Positions 52,216 through 63,594 of a DNA stretch of 64,000 nucleotides are shown here, in pieces (within the stretch, counting starts at the first letter, position 1; every line of letters begins with the position of its first letter). The translations under genes and the position numbers were made by a program. The DNA lies in contig CBFDEM010000062.1 of NCBI GenBank assembly GCA_965603825.1, positions 558,001 through 622,000 of the forward strand, written 5' to 3'. The notes beneath the pieces were generated by a model. That model made no database searches and had not been told where the DNA came from. It saw only the letters and a list, made by a program, of their open reading frames with translations. The DNA is from Blepharisma stoltei ATCC 30299 (Eukaryota; Protista; Ciliophora).

Positions 52216-54273
52216 TTATCTTGCGGATTCTTTAAGCTTTTTTTCAATTGGATGAATATACAAGTTTTCATCATACTCAATAAAAGATGATCTCAACATG
52301 TATTCTTCAGAATTAGGAAAAACATTTATTCAGCTCATTGCTTTTTTGAGGACTCTATGAATATTGTATACAAGGAAAATATAAAGGACTGCTGAAATGA
52401 ATATAAGAACTCCTCCAGTCTTTCGAATTGAGCTTGAGTTATTAGCAGTAAAAATCAGCCCAGTCAAAAATTGGAAAACAAACAGAGAAGTGGCAATTGA
52501 AGTTAAGCAGACTCTGGGCATAGAAATTCCTGTTGAGGTCCTATTGGTGTAATTTACACACAAAATCAAATATTTGTGGACAAAAAACTAAATAAATTTT
52601 ACCTTAAATGTAAAATGTATCAGCCCAAAGATCATGATAATTGGGAAAACTATTGAGTAGCACAAAACAATGAGTAAAGAGTTAAGAGAGAGTGCAAATT
52701 CATAAGCAAAATCAAAGGGTAAAGCTTCTTGGGCAAGCAATTTTTCTTTTTCAGTTTCTGCAAATGATAGTCTAAACTTTGTGACTATAATTATAATTGG
52801 TTGCAGTAAATCAAAACCATTAGCTAGAAATGCTTGGTTTATGATAAAAATAGTGAAAAATACCCCTGTCTGAGTGATAGCAATCGGAAGTCTCATACCC
52901 CACGATCCCCAAAATCCTTCAAGGGTCAGCTGAATGAGAGTCTGTGACCCTAAAGCTTGAAGCAGGAAAATATAAAAGCCCATAAAAAGAAGGTATTTTA
53001 CAAGCCTACTTGTAGTCTCCACAGATAGATGAACTCTTTGTTCTTTTTGAACTATGTATCTTACAGAGTAATTCACAATTACAGCTTGGAAAAATAATAA
53101 TACCAAAGTTGGGAAATTATCTTTAAATAAGCCATGCACAAATTGTTCACCATTAAAACTTGATAAGCCTTCCTTTACCAAGTACAAAAATCCTGCTGGT
53201 GTGACAAAAATAAAAAACAAAATAATAAAAAAGATCATCAGCAGCCACCTCTGCCATTTTAAAACTTCATAATCTTCTTCCATGTTTTCCCATTTAATTT
53301 CTTCAGGTGCAGGAGCAGTCCTAACAACTCAGTTCAGCATTTTTTTCATTTCCATTAAATGCCTTTTAGCCCTTGCAGCAGATTCAGTCGTCCTAAAAGT
53401 GGCATAAGCAAATCCAGAGTTTCCTATTCGTTTCTCTTTTAGGTTATCTTTATAGTCTTTTTGGCATTTTTTAATTAATGACTCATAATATTCAATTGCA
53501 TCTTCGGTTTTAAAAATTCCTGTACGGATTTCTTTGCGGGAGTGATGAGACTCTTGATATTTTTTATAATGTTCTAATTTTTCTTCAGCATCAAGCAAGT
53601 TTTTGTGGGCAATGTAGCTTTGAGCAAGATTTGGCACGACATAAAGTCCAAGAAATTCATCAGCAAATTCCTTTTGTAGAGTAAAATATATTTTATCATA
53701 AATTTTATCAATTGCTTCTTGCCTTGGAAGTCCACTGATTTCTAGCACATAATTAAAATTTCTGATATTATTAGGATGAGCTTTAATTGAAACAGTTTTC
53801 AATACAATATATACCAAACTATACCCTAAAAGAGAAAAAAAGATAAAGAATACAATGCTTGCTACAAGGTAACTTTCGTCATCCAAAACATTGGAAATCC
53901 CTGTTTTAAGTATTATTGATCCTTCTGTTTGGTCACCTTGAGAATAAATCGGAACCAGCACGATCACCCCAAAAAAGCACATTACGGTAAGCCCAATAAT
54001 GATTTGTATGTGAACAGCCATATACATGTAGGCTTCGAGTCCACATTTGTCATAGATGTCATATAGGCTTGTATTTCATACCTTTATTAGGAGAATTTTC
54101 AATGAGTTATCGGATTCTGAAAATACAGCATTTTTAGGGATAATATTAGGGTTGTTTGAATATATATGCTTACTTCTGTATTGGCGATAAATTAAAAACA
54201 AAACTACCAGCATGCCAAAGATCATAATATCAAACCCTAAAGTAGATAACAAAGCATAGTCTCTTGAATCCAT
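52216..54273 (-). CDS. OSCA/TMEM63 (CSC1-like) mechanosensitive/osmosensitive channel, intact, one 15-nt intron (~680 aa)
   Basis: Pieces in one frame via TGA=W. Motifs CGLEAYMY, VLVPIY, SGFAYATF, W.V..APAPEEIKWEN, FDFAYEFA, FFVHKYLIL, LYIHP. Confidence 0.9.
52588..52602 (-). other. Tiny spliceosomal intron (15 nt)
   Basis: gtaaaatttatttag with in-frame TAG. Removal gives HFTFK|FFVHKYLIL, the conserved OSCA segment. Confidence 0.9.
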
Positions 54274-54283
54274 ATTATTTATA

Positions 54284-54820
54284 TTAATGCATATTTATTC
54301 TCTTTCCATCTATCGAGATGGAATTATTTTCTTTACTTTTTGGTGTTTTACCTTGTCTAGGATAATCCATCAGCGACGTGTGTACAATTCGAATTTTTTG
54401 TGTAACAAGAGATATTGATTTTTTGGTGTTTATTGAAGAAAATTCAATAAATTTATCAATTTTTGGGTCTGGCGTTGTAGAAATTGGCTTTAAATAAGTA
54501 TGCCGCCGAGGGCGATGCAATGCTCTAACGGGCTTCAAAAGTTCATAATCATGCTTTAATGATGGGATATTTAGGAATATCGTGGTCTTTTTGGAAAGGG
54601 AAATTGGAGAAGGTGTATCAAATTTCGAAGAAATATTCAGAGGAGAGACATTTAGATAGGAGCTTTGGCCTATATAAGAATTGTTTGGACTTTTAGATGG
54701 GCTTGACTGACCAAATGTACGTTTAAGCTTCTGTGAAGTGCAGGCTCTCTTAGAGAAACTATTTCATGGAGTCCATAGTGATTTGTTGGAATTCAGCTGT
54801 GGATAACCTATAAATGACAT
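54284..54820 (-). CDS. Hypothetical Ser/Pro-rich basic protein (178 aa)
   Basis: ATG 54820, one TGA=W, continuous with ORF 54284..54538. Confidence 0.55.
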
Positions 54821-54934
54821 TGATATTGGCTACTGCAATATTTTTTTGCAAAACCTAATGGACATTTGAATGAATTTAATTCTAAGTTTGGTAAATTATG
54901 TTATTAGATAATTGAATATAAAGCAAAATTAGTA

Positions 54935-56212
54935 CTACAAATGTCTCTTTACAATTAATTTTTTCTTACGTAAGTCGAATTTTATCAGCCTACAACTCGA
55001 GGTGATAAACAGTTCAGAATTTCTGCTGCTTAAGCAAAATGAGGGAATTCTTTCGTCTTTTAATGTATTTGACCCAACAAATTTCCACTTGGCAAACGAT
55101 CCTTGCTGGCTTTCATATATATTTCCGCCCATTTCAATTATAAAAGCTCTTTGATCGTCAACTGCAATAAATTTATGTCTGAAAGCTGATAATTTAACAC
55201 TTTTTATCTCATAAAAATCGTCTACTTTTGTATTAAACGCCACTATTTTTTGCATGTTGTGACTTACAATCAAAATAAAGTTCCCAAAAATAGCAGAAAA
55301 GCTATTGTCATAATTTCCTTTAGGAAGCTTTCTACAGCTTTCCCAGGTATTAGTACTTAAATTATATTTTTCTGCCAATTTGCAGGCCCCACCGATTGCG
55401 TATACAAAATTGTTAAGATACACAATGTTTAGTCGATAATTAACTTTGGATGATACAAGCTCAGTGATTTCATTATTTTGCTCTATTATGAAATCTGAGT
55501 AATAATTATAACAAAAAATTCTACAGTTAGGGATCAAGCACATTGAGGTGTTTTCCATGCTAAAAGTCATTCGATAATTAATAGGGAATGACTGGGATTT
55601 CATAGTTTTGAAATTCCAGCTGATCAACTCTCTATGATTATCTTTGAAAAACACTAAACAATTGTAAAATCTCCAACTTGAATGCGTGTTGGTATTTAAA
55701 AGAGCTAAGATATCCTTGTCCAGCTCAAAATCAGGACTATTATCGCTGTTACTGTTTTCTTTGTTTTTCTTGATTTTTGATGGCTTTTCTGACATCCAGT
55801 CTTGAATATTTATAGTTGTTTCTTTACAATTTAGATTGATTTCTTGAAGTGGAGTGAAATTAGAAGTAAGCGGTATTTCATCAAGGACTTTACTGATGAC
55901 ACTCTGGCAAGTCTTTTGGAGCTGCTCTAGGGACTTAATTGGCTTTTTTGCTGCTAACAGGTACTTGTTTATAAGAATTTTAGCTTGCTCTATCAAATTG
56001 TTGAAGAAAATTTGAGCTTTTGAGATTACCGCCTTTGCTTGATTAAAAACCGCGCCTTTATTTCTAGGCTCGAAATCACTATGAAAACTACATGATAGAT
56101 GAGATTTGCTAGCTTCTATATGAAAGCCTTCAAATAAAATGTTCCAATGGCTATATTCATGATGCCATGAACTATCATCATATAGGAAGCACTCTTGTAT
56201 CGCGGTTTCCAT
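54935..56212 (-). CDS. Kelch-like protein with N-terminal helical region
   Basis: 425-aa ORF with VYAIGG...AEKYNL..NTW...LP. Confidence 0.8.
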   Translation of the reverse strand: METAIQECFLYDDSSWHHEYSHWNILFEGFHIEASKSHLSCSFHSDFEPRNKGAVFNQAKAVISKAQIFFNNLIEQAKILINKYLLAAKKPIKSLEQLQKTCQSVISKVLDEIPLTSNFTPLQEINLNCKETTINIQDWMSEKPSKIKKNKENSNSDNSPDFELDKDILALLNTNTHSSWRFYNCLVFFKDNHRELISWNFKTMKSQSFPINYRMTFSMENTSMCLIPNCRIFCYNYYSDFIIEQNNEITELVSSKVNYRLNIVYLNNFVYAIGGACKLAEKYNLSTNTWESCRKLPKGNYDNSFSAIFGNFILIVSHNMQKIVAFNTKVDDFYEIKSVKLSAFRHKFIAVDDQRAFIIEMGGNIYESQQGSFAKWKFVGSNTLKDERIPSFCLSSRNSELFITSSCRLIKFDLRKKKLIVKRHL

Positions 56213-56330
56213 TTATATAATAGGATATTACTTCATATTATTCTAAACAGTGGCAATCTAATTATTGGCTATACGGCCTTAAATGGTATTTTTATATTTA
56301 AATATAAATTATAAATAATTTCTAATACTG

Positions 56331-57008
56331 ATGTATTCTATCCTCATAGAAGGGCTTGAAAATGGCAAATCTCTTAATGAACTTCTAAATGATTTTAAAA
56401 CCAAAGCTAAAGAATTTTCATTTTGCCTTGAAAGAATTGCAATTGAAGTTTATTATTTGAAAGAACAGCAGACATCGCTCGAGCATGCCATTAGTGAGAT
56501 ACAACCTAAATGAGATCAAGCAAAAAAGTCATTCACCAACATTATGTGGGATTATTTAATGAAGATAAATAAACGCTATAAAAATATCGAACCATCACGA
56601 ATCCTAGTAAAAATAAGGGAAAAAGTTTGCGAGATGTATGATGTTTCTTATAAAAATTGATGATTTTTCCAGGAAAGTTACTTTAATAGGCTATCTTTTT
56701 ATTCTGTGGATACAGAGATAGATGATCTTTGCAATAAAAAGTTTGTAATATTAGATTTGCTTGTAGCTAAAATGAAAAAATCAAAATACTTTGAGAAGTG
56801 CAAATGTGAAGAAACTCTTAGAATTTATAGATGAGCATTAGCATTTTATGATTTGATTTGTAAAAATGCTCAGCTAAGTTTGCTTACAAAAATACTAAAG
56901 TTAGTCTCAAGAGAAATCTTATTAAAACAAAGCAATATATCAAATCTAAATAAGGAAAGAGAAAGAATTGAAAAATTTATTATAAAGATGCAAATTCAAG
57001 ACTTTTAA
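56331..57008 (+). CDS. Hypothetical helical protein (225 aa)
   Basis: Open from ATG 56331 through several TGA (including TGATGA=WW) to TAA 57006-57008. Confidence 0.6.
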
Positions 57009-57246
57009 GTCAATTCACAATATCTTCTTCTGGCAGCTGATTAAAAAAAAGCAATTAGCTCTAATAATATCCAATTTTGCAAATTAAATTAAAAAGAAAA
57101 ATCTATATATTTAAAAAAATCTTTATTAATCTTATAAATAATATATATAAATATATAGTAACTTATGGTTAAACTAGTAGAAAATATATGGAAAATATGT
57201 CCGAACAGATGTGCGTATAAACTTAAACATCTTAAAATTTAATAAT

Positions 57247-57881
57247 ATGGAAAGAATAAATACAACAGCCAGAAATTCTTATTGCCATAAATGTAATTTA
57301 CTTTGCCATGAGCCAATCACATGCAGAGCTAAATCCGTCTGTGGCTATCAAGTTATCGACCTGGTTCCTCCACTTAATATTAATAACCCTATAACAGAAT
57401 TGGAATTGGAGTATACCGAGGCGATAAATATTATTAAAAGTCTTATTCCAAATCCTACACAAGTATCATCAATAAAATTAATAGTAAATCAGGTTCTCGA
57501 GTTAAGATATTATAACAGAAAGCAGGAAATTGAAAGAGAAATTGGAAGGACTTGCGAAGAAGGTTACTATTGGCATGGCTCTAGTCACGATATATATATG
57601 AAGATTGCTCAAGGGGGCTTTAAGGTGCCAGGAATTGATCCAATACCGCATCGAGCAAATGGAATTTATACAGCCATAAACCATTCAACATCGCTTGGGT
57701 ATAGAAAAAATACCAATTCATTAATCCTTAGCAAGCTATCAAGGGTGGATCTGGGAAATCTCCGACATTAGCGTCCAATATGACAATAAATGGTGAGCAT
57801 TCATATACATCTGGAAATATTGTAGTATTTTTTTCTAGCTCGCAACTGCTTCCAAAGTATTTAGTTGATTTTCAATGTTAA
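57247..57881 (+). pseudogene. PARP-like ADP-ribosyltransferase, frameshifted near 57735
   Basis: YYWHGS...IAQGGF...GIYTA...SLGY. The C-terminal NIVVFFSSSQLLPKYLVDF lies in another frame, ending TAA 57879-57881. Confidence 0.7.
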
Positions 57882-58231
57882 AAAATTATTTTTTTATTTG
57901 TTTGTTAAATAATCTTTCATTATAAGCGATCATAAGATGAAGTCTAATTAATTTATAGCAAAATATGAAACGCAGATTAATTTGTAGGCAAGTTAAAAAT
58001 TAGAAATTCCATTAAAAAGTCTTAGATTTTTATAAATAAGTTTATCACTTGATTTGGCTTGTAAAATATTAGTAAAAGCTTGCTATAAGAAGTTAAATTG
58101 AGCTATCAAATATAAAGATGCCGAATAAGGAAAGAGATATTATAGAAAGATTTGCTATAAACATATAGAGTAATTATATATAAATTAGACTCACAAAACA
58201 TATTAATTAAAAATAATATAATAGCCATATA

Positions 58232-59145
58232 TTAGCTGCAAATTCTAAAGCTACGTGCAATTGAAGGTCCGATTTCATCATAATCTTGTTTTATTACCCA
58301 CATTTCTTCGCAAAGGGCTTGCAATTATATTAGCTTTGTGAAGATCACGAATAATTCTTTCAGAGATTCCTTGTAACATTGGATTTCCTCCTCCTTAAAC
58401 AATATTTTAATACAATTTTTTGAAATTCATACTCACTTCTGATGATGGAATTATGTGTAGCTTCACTAATTCCAATTGCTCTATCATTTATTACATTTGG
58501 GCTAAAACGCAGATTCAGAGATCTTAAATCTTTCTGATCCTAAAAAAAGGCTATTTCTATCAGACATTGCATAGCTTGATCCAATATTTTCGTTATGATA
58601 TCTTTTTGAGATTTTAAGGATATATAGAGCAATTTTGACTTTGCGCCCTCAATAATTTACATTAGAAGGGATCTTCACAATAGCATTTGAAACGGCAGTG
58701 CCTTCATTGATAGGCAAACCACAAGCATTTCGTATCCTAACTCGACAATAACTCTTGTGTATGATAAGCATATATAATGAAAGAACTGCCTGATTAGCTA
58801 AATAAATTGCTAGAATATTAAAAATCTTCAAACATAATTGTTGCTATATTCTCTCTATTTATAGTGTTAATAAAATACGAAATTCATCTGGCGTTATTCT
58901 TAACTTAAAATAGAATGCATTATGCCAAATTTTTCTATGACTTCTTAATGAGTGATTTAGCCATGCTCAATGGGATATTTTACTCCTAAAATATTCCTTT
59001 GATTTCAGGCATCTTAAAGATATAAATATTGATTCTGAAATTATTATTGGATAGCTGCTTATAACATTTTGAATATTGAATTAGGTGACTCAGAGCGCCT
59101 AAAAATCCTGCTTTAATAGAGCCAGAGCCATTATCTATAATAATT
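58232..59145 (-). pseudogene. Actin-like pseudogene
   Basis: Colinear actin remnants with stops and frameshifts: IIDNGSGSIKAGF, KYPIEHG, QAVLSLY, LPINEG, GISEATHNSI, GGGNPMLQGISERI, EMWVIKQDYDEIGPSI. Confidence 0.85.
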
Positions 59146-59494
59146 GAATAAGATAACTCCATTTAAGTTAAGTAACAACTGATTTTTAAGCTTCAGGTAT
59201 AAATCAGCATTGATAATCTATTGCAGCTGTCAAAAGTTCATTCCAAATACTTGGATTAATTAGAAATAAATCCTATATTAGCCTTTGAATATGAATTTAT
59301 GACAATTGAGAGCAAAATACGTAAAATTATCCTAATATACCATTAAAAATTCAATAATACGATCCCTTCCTCTGTATAATCGAGGCTCTGTTATTAGTTT
59401 ATTTATAAGATTCTTTTCTTAAATATCTAAAAGAAGATCCAAAAGATATTATCCAATAATATTTATAAAATAAAATTAAAATAAATAGCACTAT

Positions 59495-60334
59495 CTATTC
59501 TTTATTCTTCTTATGCAATTTCGTTCCCACATGAGTCTTGATAGACTTCTTCTTAACAGTCCTATCGCACAATAAGCAAGTTACCGTCGTCAATTCATCG
59601 TCTCTAGGGTTTATTTTGTCCACTTTCCACTTGGTTCCATCAGGCCCAGTGAAATTTTCCTTACTCTCTTCTGGCTCTTCTTTTTTCTTCCCATGGGATG
59701 CTGGCTCCTCTTTATGAGTTTTGGCGGGAGTTGGGGATTGGGTTTCTTCTTTATGCGCCCTCGTGGAAATGCGACTTGGAGACTTGGCTTCTTCTTTATG
59801 AGCCTTTGTAGCTGGCAATTGAGGTTCTTCGTGCTTGATTTCTTCCTTTTTTCCTTTGCGGGGAGTTGCTTTTGCCTCAGCTTTTTTCTCTTCTTTTGCC
59901 TCTTTTTTAGGAGAAGGGTGGAGTTCGGCAGGCTCTTTGTGCTCGTGGGTATCAGTTGGATTTACTGGGCTGTGAGGTTTTTCGTCAAGCTCAGGCTTTG
60001 GTTGCTCTTCTGCAATTTCTGATGGTTGAATTGGCTCCGGTTTTTCTTCTTCTTGGGCAGTAATGGTTGGTTCAGCTTGAGGAACAGGCTGTTCTTGGAT
60101 AGTTTCTTGGGGTTCTGGAGGGGAAACTTCAGTGGGGTGAGCTTCTTGTTCTTCAGCAACATCTTGGGTGTTTTCTTGAACAGTTCCTAAGTCTTTTTTC
60201 TCTTCAACTTCAACATCCATCATAATATTTGGCTCTTCTACTGTTTTTGGAGGAGAGCGAGATCTTGAACGGCTTCGTGGCGAAGCTTGCTTTGGAGATT
60301 CATGAATTACTACTTGCGATTCCCCAGTTGCCAT
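59495..60334 (-). CDS. Disordered Glu/Pro/Lys-rich protein with C-terminal C2H2 (U1/matrin-like) zinc finger
   Basis: 279 aa. RSRSRSP near the N-terminus, HKEE repeats, and CLLC...H...KLH. Confidence 0.8.
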   Translation of the reverse strand: MATGESQVVIHESPKQASPRSRSRSRSPPKTVEEPNIMMDVEVEEKKDLGTVQENTQDVAEEQEAHPTEVSPPEPQETIQEQPVPQAEPTITAQEEEKPEPIQPSEIAEEQPKPELDEKPHSPVNPTDTHEHKEPAELHPSPKKEAKEEKKAEAKATPRKGKKEEIKHEEPQLPATKAHKEEAKSPSRISTRAHKEETQSPTPAKTHKEEPASHGKKKEEPEESKENFTGPDGTKWKVDKINPRDDELTTVTCLLCDRTVKKKSIKTHVGTKLHKKNKE

Positions 60335-60600
60335 CTTTTATTTTATTTAGTAATTGGCTATATAAAAAACTCACTCATGACTTATATTTTCTTGAAATTT
60401 TGTGTAAATTTTATCCCGATAGTATTACAAGAGTATACAAGTGATAGTAAACCATTATAAGATATCTGAAAGGTTAATAACATAAGAGTCATAGGTCTAT
60501 AGGAATTATATGTCCCAGAAGTGAATTATTGACTTAACAGCCTCGGATAAAAATAAAATGATTATGCTCGGAATTTAATTTCACTGAAAATTATTCCATC

Positions 60601-60900
60601 TCTTCTGCTTTACTAGTGAGCCTTTATTTAGCTGTGTCAGCAAAACCCCAGTGTATAGGTTGGATCGCCTAATCCTTGAGTTTTAGAGGCACAAGGATTT
60701 ACCGCTTTGCTTCAGAGGAGAGAGACCTTAGGCGAACACACACAAGAATTCAAGTATAAGTCAAAGGCTTTCTGGCCGACCTGTTGCGACACATGTTTAG
60801 GAAGTCTACTACGTCATAAAAATGGCGTGATTTAGAATGTCTGGTGATGTCAGAAGCTGGAGCTCAAAGGGTGAGCTTCAGTTTGTGGTCTTGCTGAAGA
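60601..60900 (+). ncRNA. Candidate structured non-coding RNA, family unassigned
   Basis: GC-enriched island without a listed ORF. At least six nested helices, several with G-U pairs valid only on the + strand; 5' and 3' ends pair. Confidence 0.55.
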
Positions 60901-61252
60901 AAACAACAATTTGAATATTTAGTTAAAATTAGAGCATAGAACTTAAAGGCCTTTGATCTAGTATGAGTTCAGATATAAATCATGAATAATGTTGCGTAAC
61001 GTAAATTATCGAATTTGAAGAGAATTTGGGAAGAAGGAAGGATTGAAAATAAATGCTTGACCCTTGAGATTCTCTTTTAATAATGAAATCTGATTCTGAT
61101 AAGAAAAAAAAATGATATTATTGATTTCTGATAAGAAAAGCAAATCATGCCATATTTAATATCCAATATATAGGCACTATCCATCTTTATGCGATTATTT
61201 ATAACTCGCAAAAAGTCTATCTACAGCATTTCTTCATTACTAAAGCAATTAT

Positions 61253-62095
61253 TTAAAGTTTTGGAGACAAATTGGTTAAAAAATCAACGATTTCAGGAGA
61301 AATTTGCATGCTCACCTTTCTTCCAGCCAAATCCAACATGTGGATTAATTTTTTCTGCTTTATGATTTCAGGAGTTCGCGTGTATCTATAATCTCCATAA
61401 AACACACAAGAGTCTCCTTGAATAATCTCTGGCATATGAGGGATTTTTTTCAAAGCTTTTAGAAAGCTTATCACTTTGTCTAATGTTTTGAATCTCGCCA
61501 AAGTCGTTAAAACAGATGCTTGAGGAGGCCAAATTAGAATTTCTCTTCGTTGGTACATGTCTAAAATCTCCTGTGGCTCTGCTCACAAATAGTCATCACT
61601 TTCATCAGTTCCAATAACAACTTCTGTATCATTCTTAGCAACAGCTAAAAACATTATGTTGTCAAATCGGGGCTGAAATCCAATTGGGGTTATAAACCTT
61701 GTTATATATACTAGCTTTTCTATTTGAGGTCTTGAGTTTTCTCTTAAACATTCATCTAAAAATTCTTTTCCATTTTTTGTTTTATTTATTTGTCTATCAG
61801 CTAATAAAACTCCCACTTCTTCCCAAGTTTCTCTGATAGCAGTAACTTTTGCATCCTGAAGGTTAATCTTTTTCGAATAAGAAGTTTCAGGGATTTCTTC
61901 AGATTTCTGCTGAATCAATTGCGATCATCTTGGATCAGCATCTTCTTTATCAAAAGTCCCTCCAGGAAACACATATGAGCTTGAAAAAGACATTGAAGAT
62001 TTTCTTTTAATCATAAGCACTTGAAAATTTCTATTATAAAGTCTGCATAATACTAGTGAGGATGCTAGCCTGTCGTTTTTGCATTCTTCTAACAT
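61253..62095 (-). CDS. NUDT19: Nudix hydrolase, NUDT19-like acyl-CoA diphosphatase
   Basis: ATG 62095. YVFPGG, AIRETWEEVGV Nudix box, FITP...RFD, PPQ. C-terminal PKL resembles PTS1. Confidence 0.75.
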
Positions 62096-62228
62096 ATTTA
62101 TTTATGGAAATTTTTGATTTGCAAGTTTTTCACAAATAGCAAGTCTATGATTCTTATGGAATTAGTAATACTCAATTTAAACAGCAAAATTTGACGGAAA
62201 TATGATTATTAACAAAATAAATTGAAAT

Positions 62229-62833
62229 TTATTCTTTTTCAATTGGCTTATTTTGGAAATTAGGAGGCTTTCCTAGCTGCTTATATACATTCATTAAGAA
62301 GTCATAATGTTTGGCATCCACTGGATCTTTAAACCTTTCCCTTGGATGTTTAGGCTTTAAATTAGGAATTATCACTTTTTCATCTTGCACAGGACTTGGA
62401 ATTCTAGGCTGTTTTGGGATCAATGCCTGCTTAGGCTCCATACTTTTCCACAAGCCTTCTCATGGTTTCCTCACATTTTCATTGCCATAATGGACTTTCG
62501 GTAAAAAGTGATGCGGATTTTTGTCAACAAATTGGTCTTTTCTAATAAATAACTCATTTTTCCTTGGATTTAGATTAAAACTTTTATTATGGCGACTCAT
62601 TTCAGGACCGTTTGTAGGGGTAATTGGGACAGGGGTAGCGTTAAATGACTGATTTGAAATCAATTCATAGACATGAGAGGAATCTAGATAATATGGAGAC
62701 TTTCTCGCTGGAGATAAACTTGAAGACCCGCTATGCAATAAAGGGTTAAACCGATTATTAGAAATTGGTCTTTGAAGGGTTTTGATATCTAAGTATGATA
62801 ATTACTGCTATTATAGGGCATCATTTTTATCAT
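62229..62833 (-). CDS. Hypothetical protein (5' end uncertain)
   Basis: ORFs 62460..62738 and 62229..62453 join by TGA=W. Reaching ATG 62833 needs a 17-nt intron (62789..62805) or an indel. Confidence 0.55.
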
Positions 62834-62952
62834 AAGTACTCATATTTTAGTATAAATTCCTTGTATTTACTGCACAAAATAATCAACAAAGTTTTTTAGC
62901 CTTCCTCTTTTATTGAATAATTTTATTAATTCATATCCTTATCTCTATTAGC

Positions 62953-63576
62953 TTAGCAAGCACATTTTCCATTATCCTCTTTCTTCTTGCTTGCGTCAAG
63001 TTTTTTCCCTCCCATTCCTCTTACTGCATCTTCCACTGTATCTTCTTTTGCTTGACTTCTTTTCATGATTTCTTCCACCAGTCTCACTAAAGCTTCATTT
63101 GCATTTGTTCCTACCTTAGAACTCGTCATATAGCTCGCTACAAACTGCCTTTGGTTAGCAAACCTCGATAAATCGTCACTGGTCATTCCACTCCCAGGCA
63201 CTAATAAATCAGCTTTATTAGCAACCAACACCATCGGTATTGGTGAACCATCAGGAAGTCTTACATTATCGTCAACACTTCCTTTTCACAAGCTTGCTTG
63301 TTCAAGCGTCCCCTCACGTGTTGCATCAGTAACCACTAATGCGCCATTGGCATCTCTACAATAAAGCCGTGAGATTCCTCCTAACCTATCTTGTCCTGCC
63401 AGATCCCACAATTGGACTCTAACAGGCTCTCCATTGATTTCAATTATTTTCAGGCCAAATTCACAACCTATAGTAGCTTTGTATTTTTCCGTGAACGTGT
63501 TATAGACAATTCTGTTGACCAGCGAAGTTTTGCCGACTCCTACATCTCCGATGACTAAAACTTTGAAAAAGCTCAT
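62953..63576 (-). CDS. Rab GTPase, Rab32/38/29-like
   Basis: GDVGVGKTS, YKATIGCEFGLK, WDLAGQDR, NKAD, TSSK and C-terminal CAC prenylation motif. Two ORFs joined by TGA=W. Confidence 0.9.
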
Positions 63577-63594
63577 ATTTTTTGGAAACTTTAA

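Larger units (their letters stand above)
50717..54156. repeat. Tandem segmental duplication, right copy (~3.44 kb)
   Basis: Duplicated ORF translations (MDPDSAKRV..., MSINFVLSF..., MEEDYEVLKW...) are nearly identical to the left copy. Confidence 0.95.

Noticed and set aside
60633-60650. Calling the ncRNA candidate telomerase RNA
   Set aside because: The CAAAACCCCA template would make T4G4 repeats, which conflicts with the CCCTAACA telomere reported for Blepharisma/Stentor. Kept only as a hypothesis.
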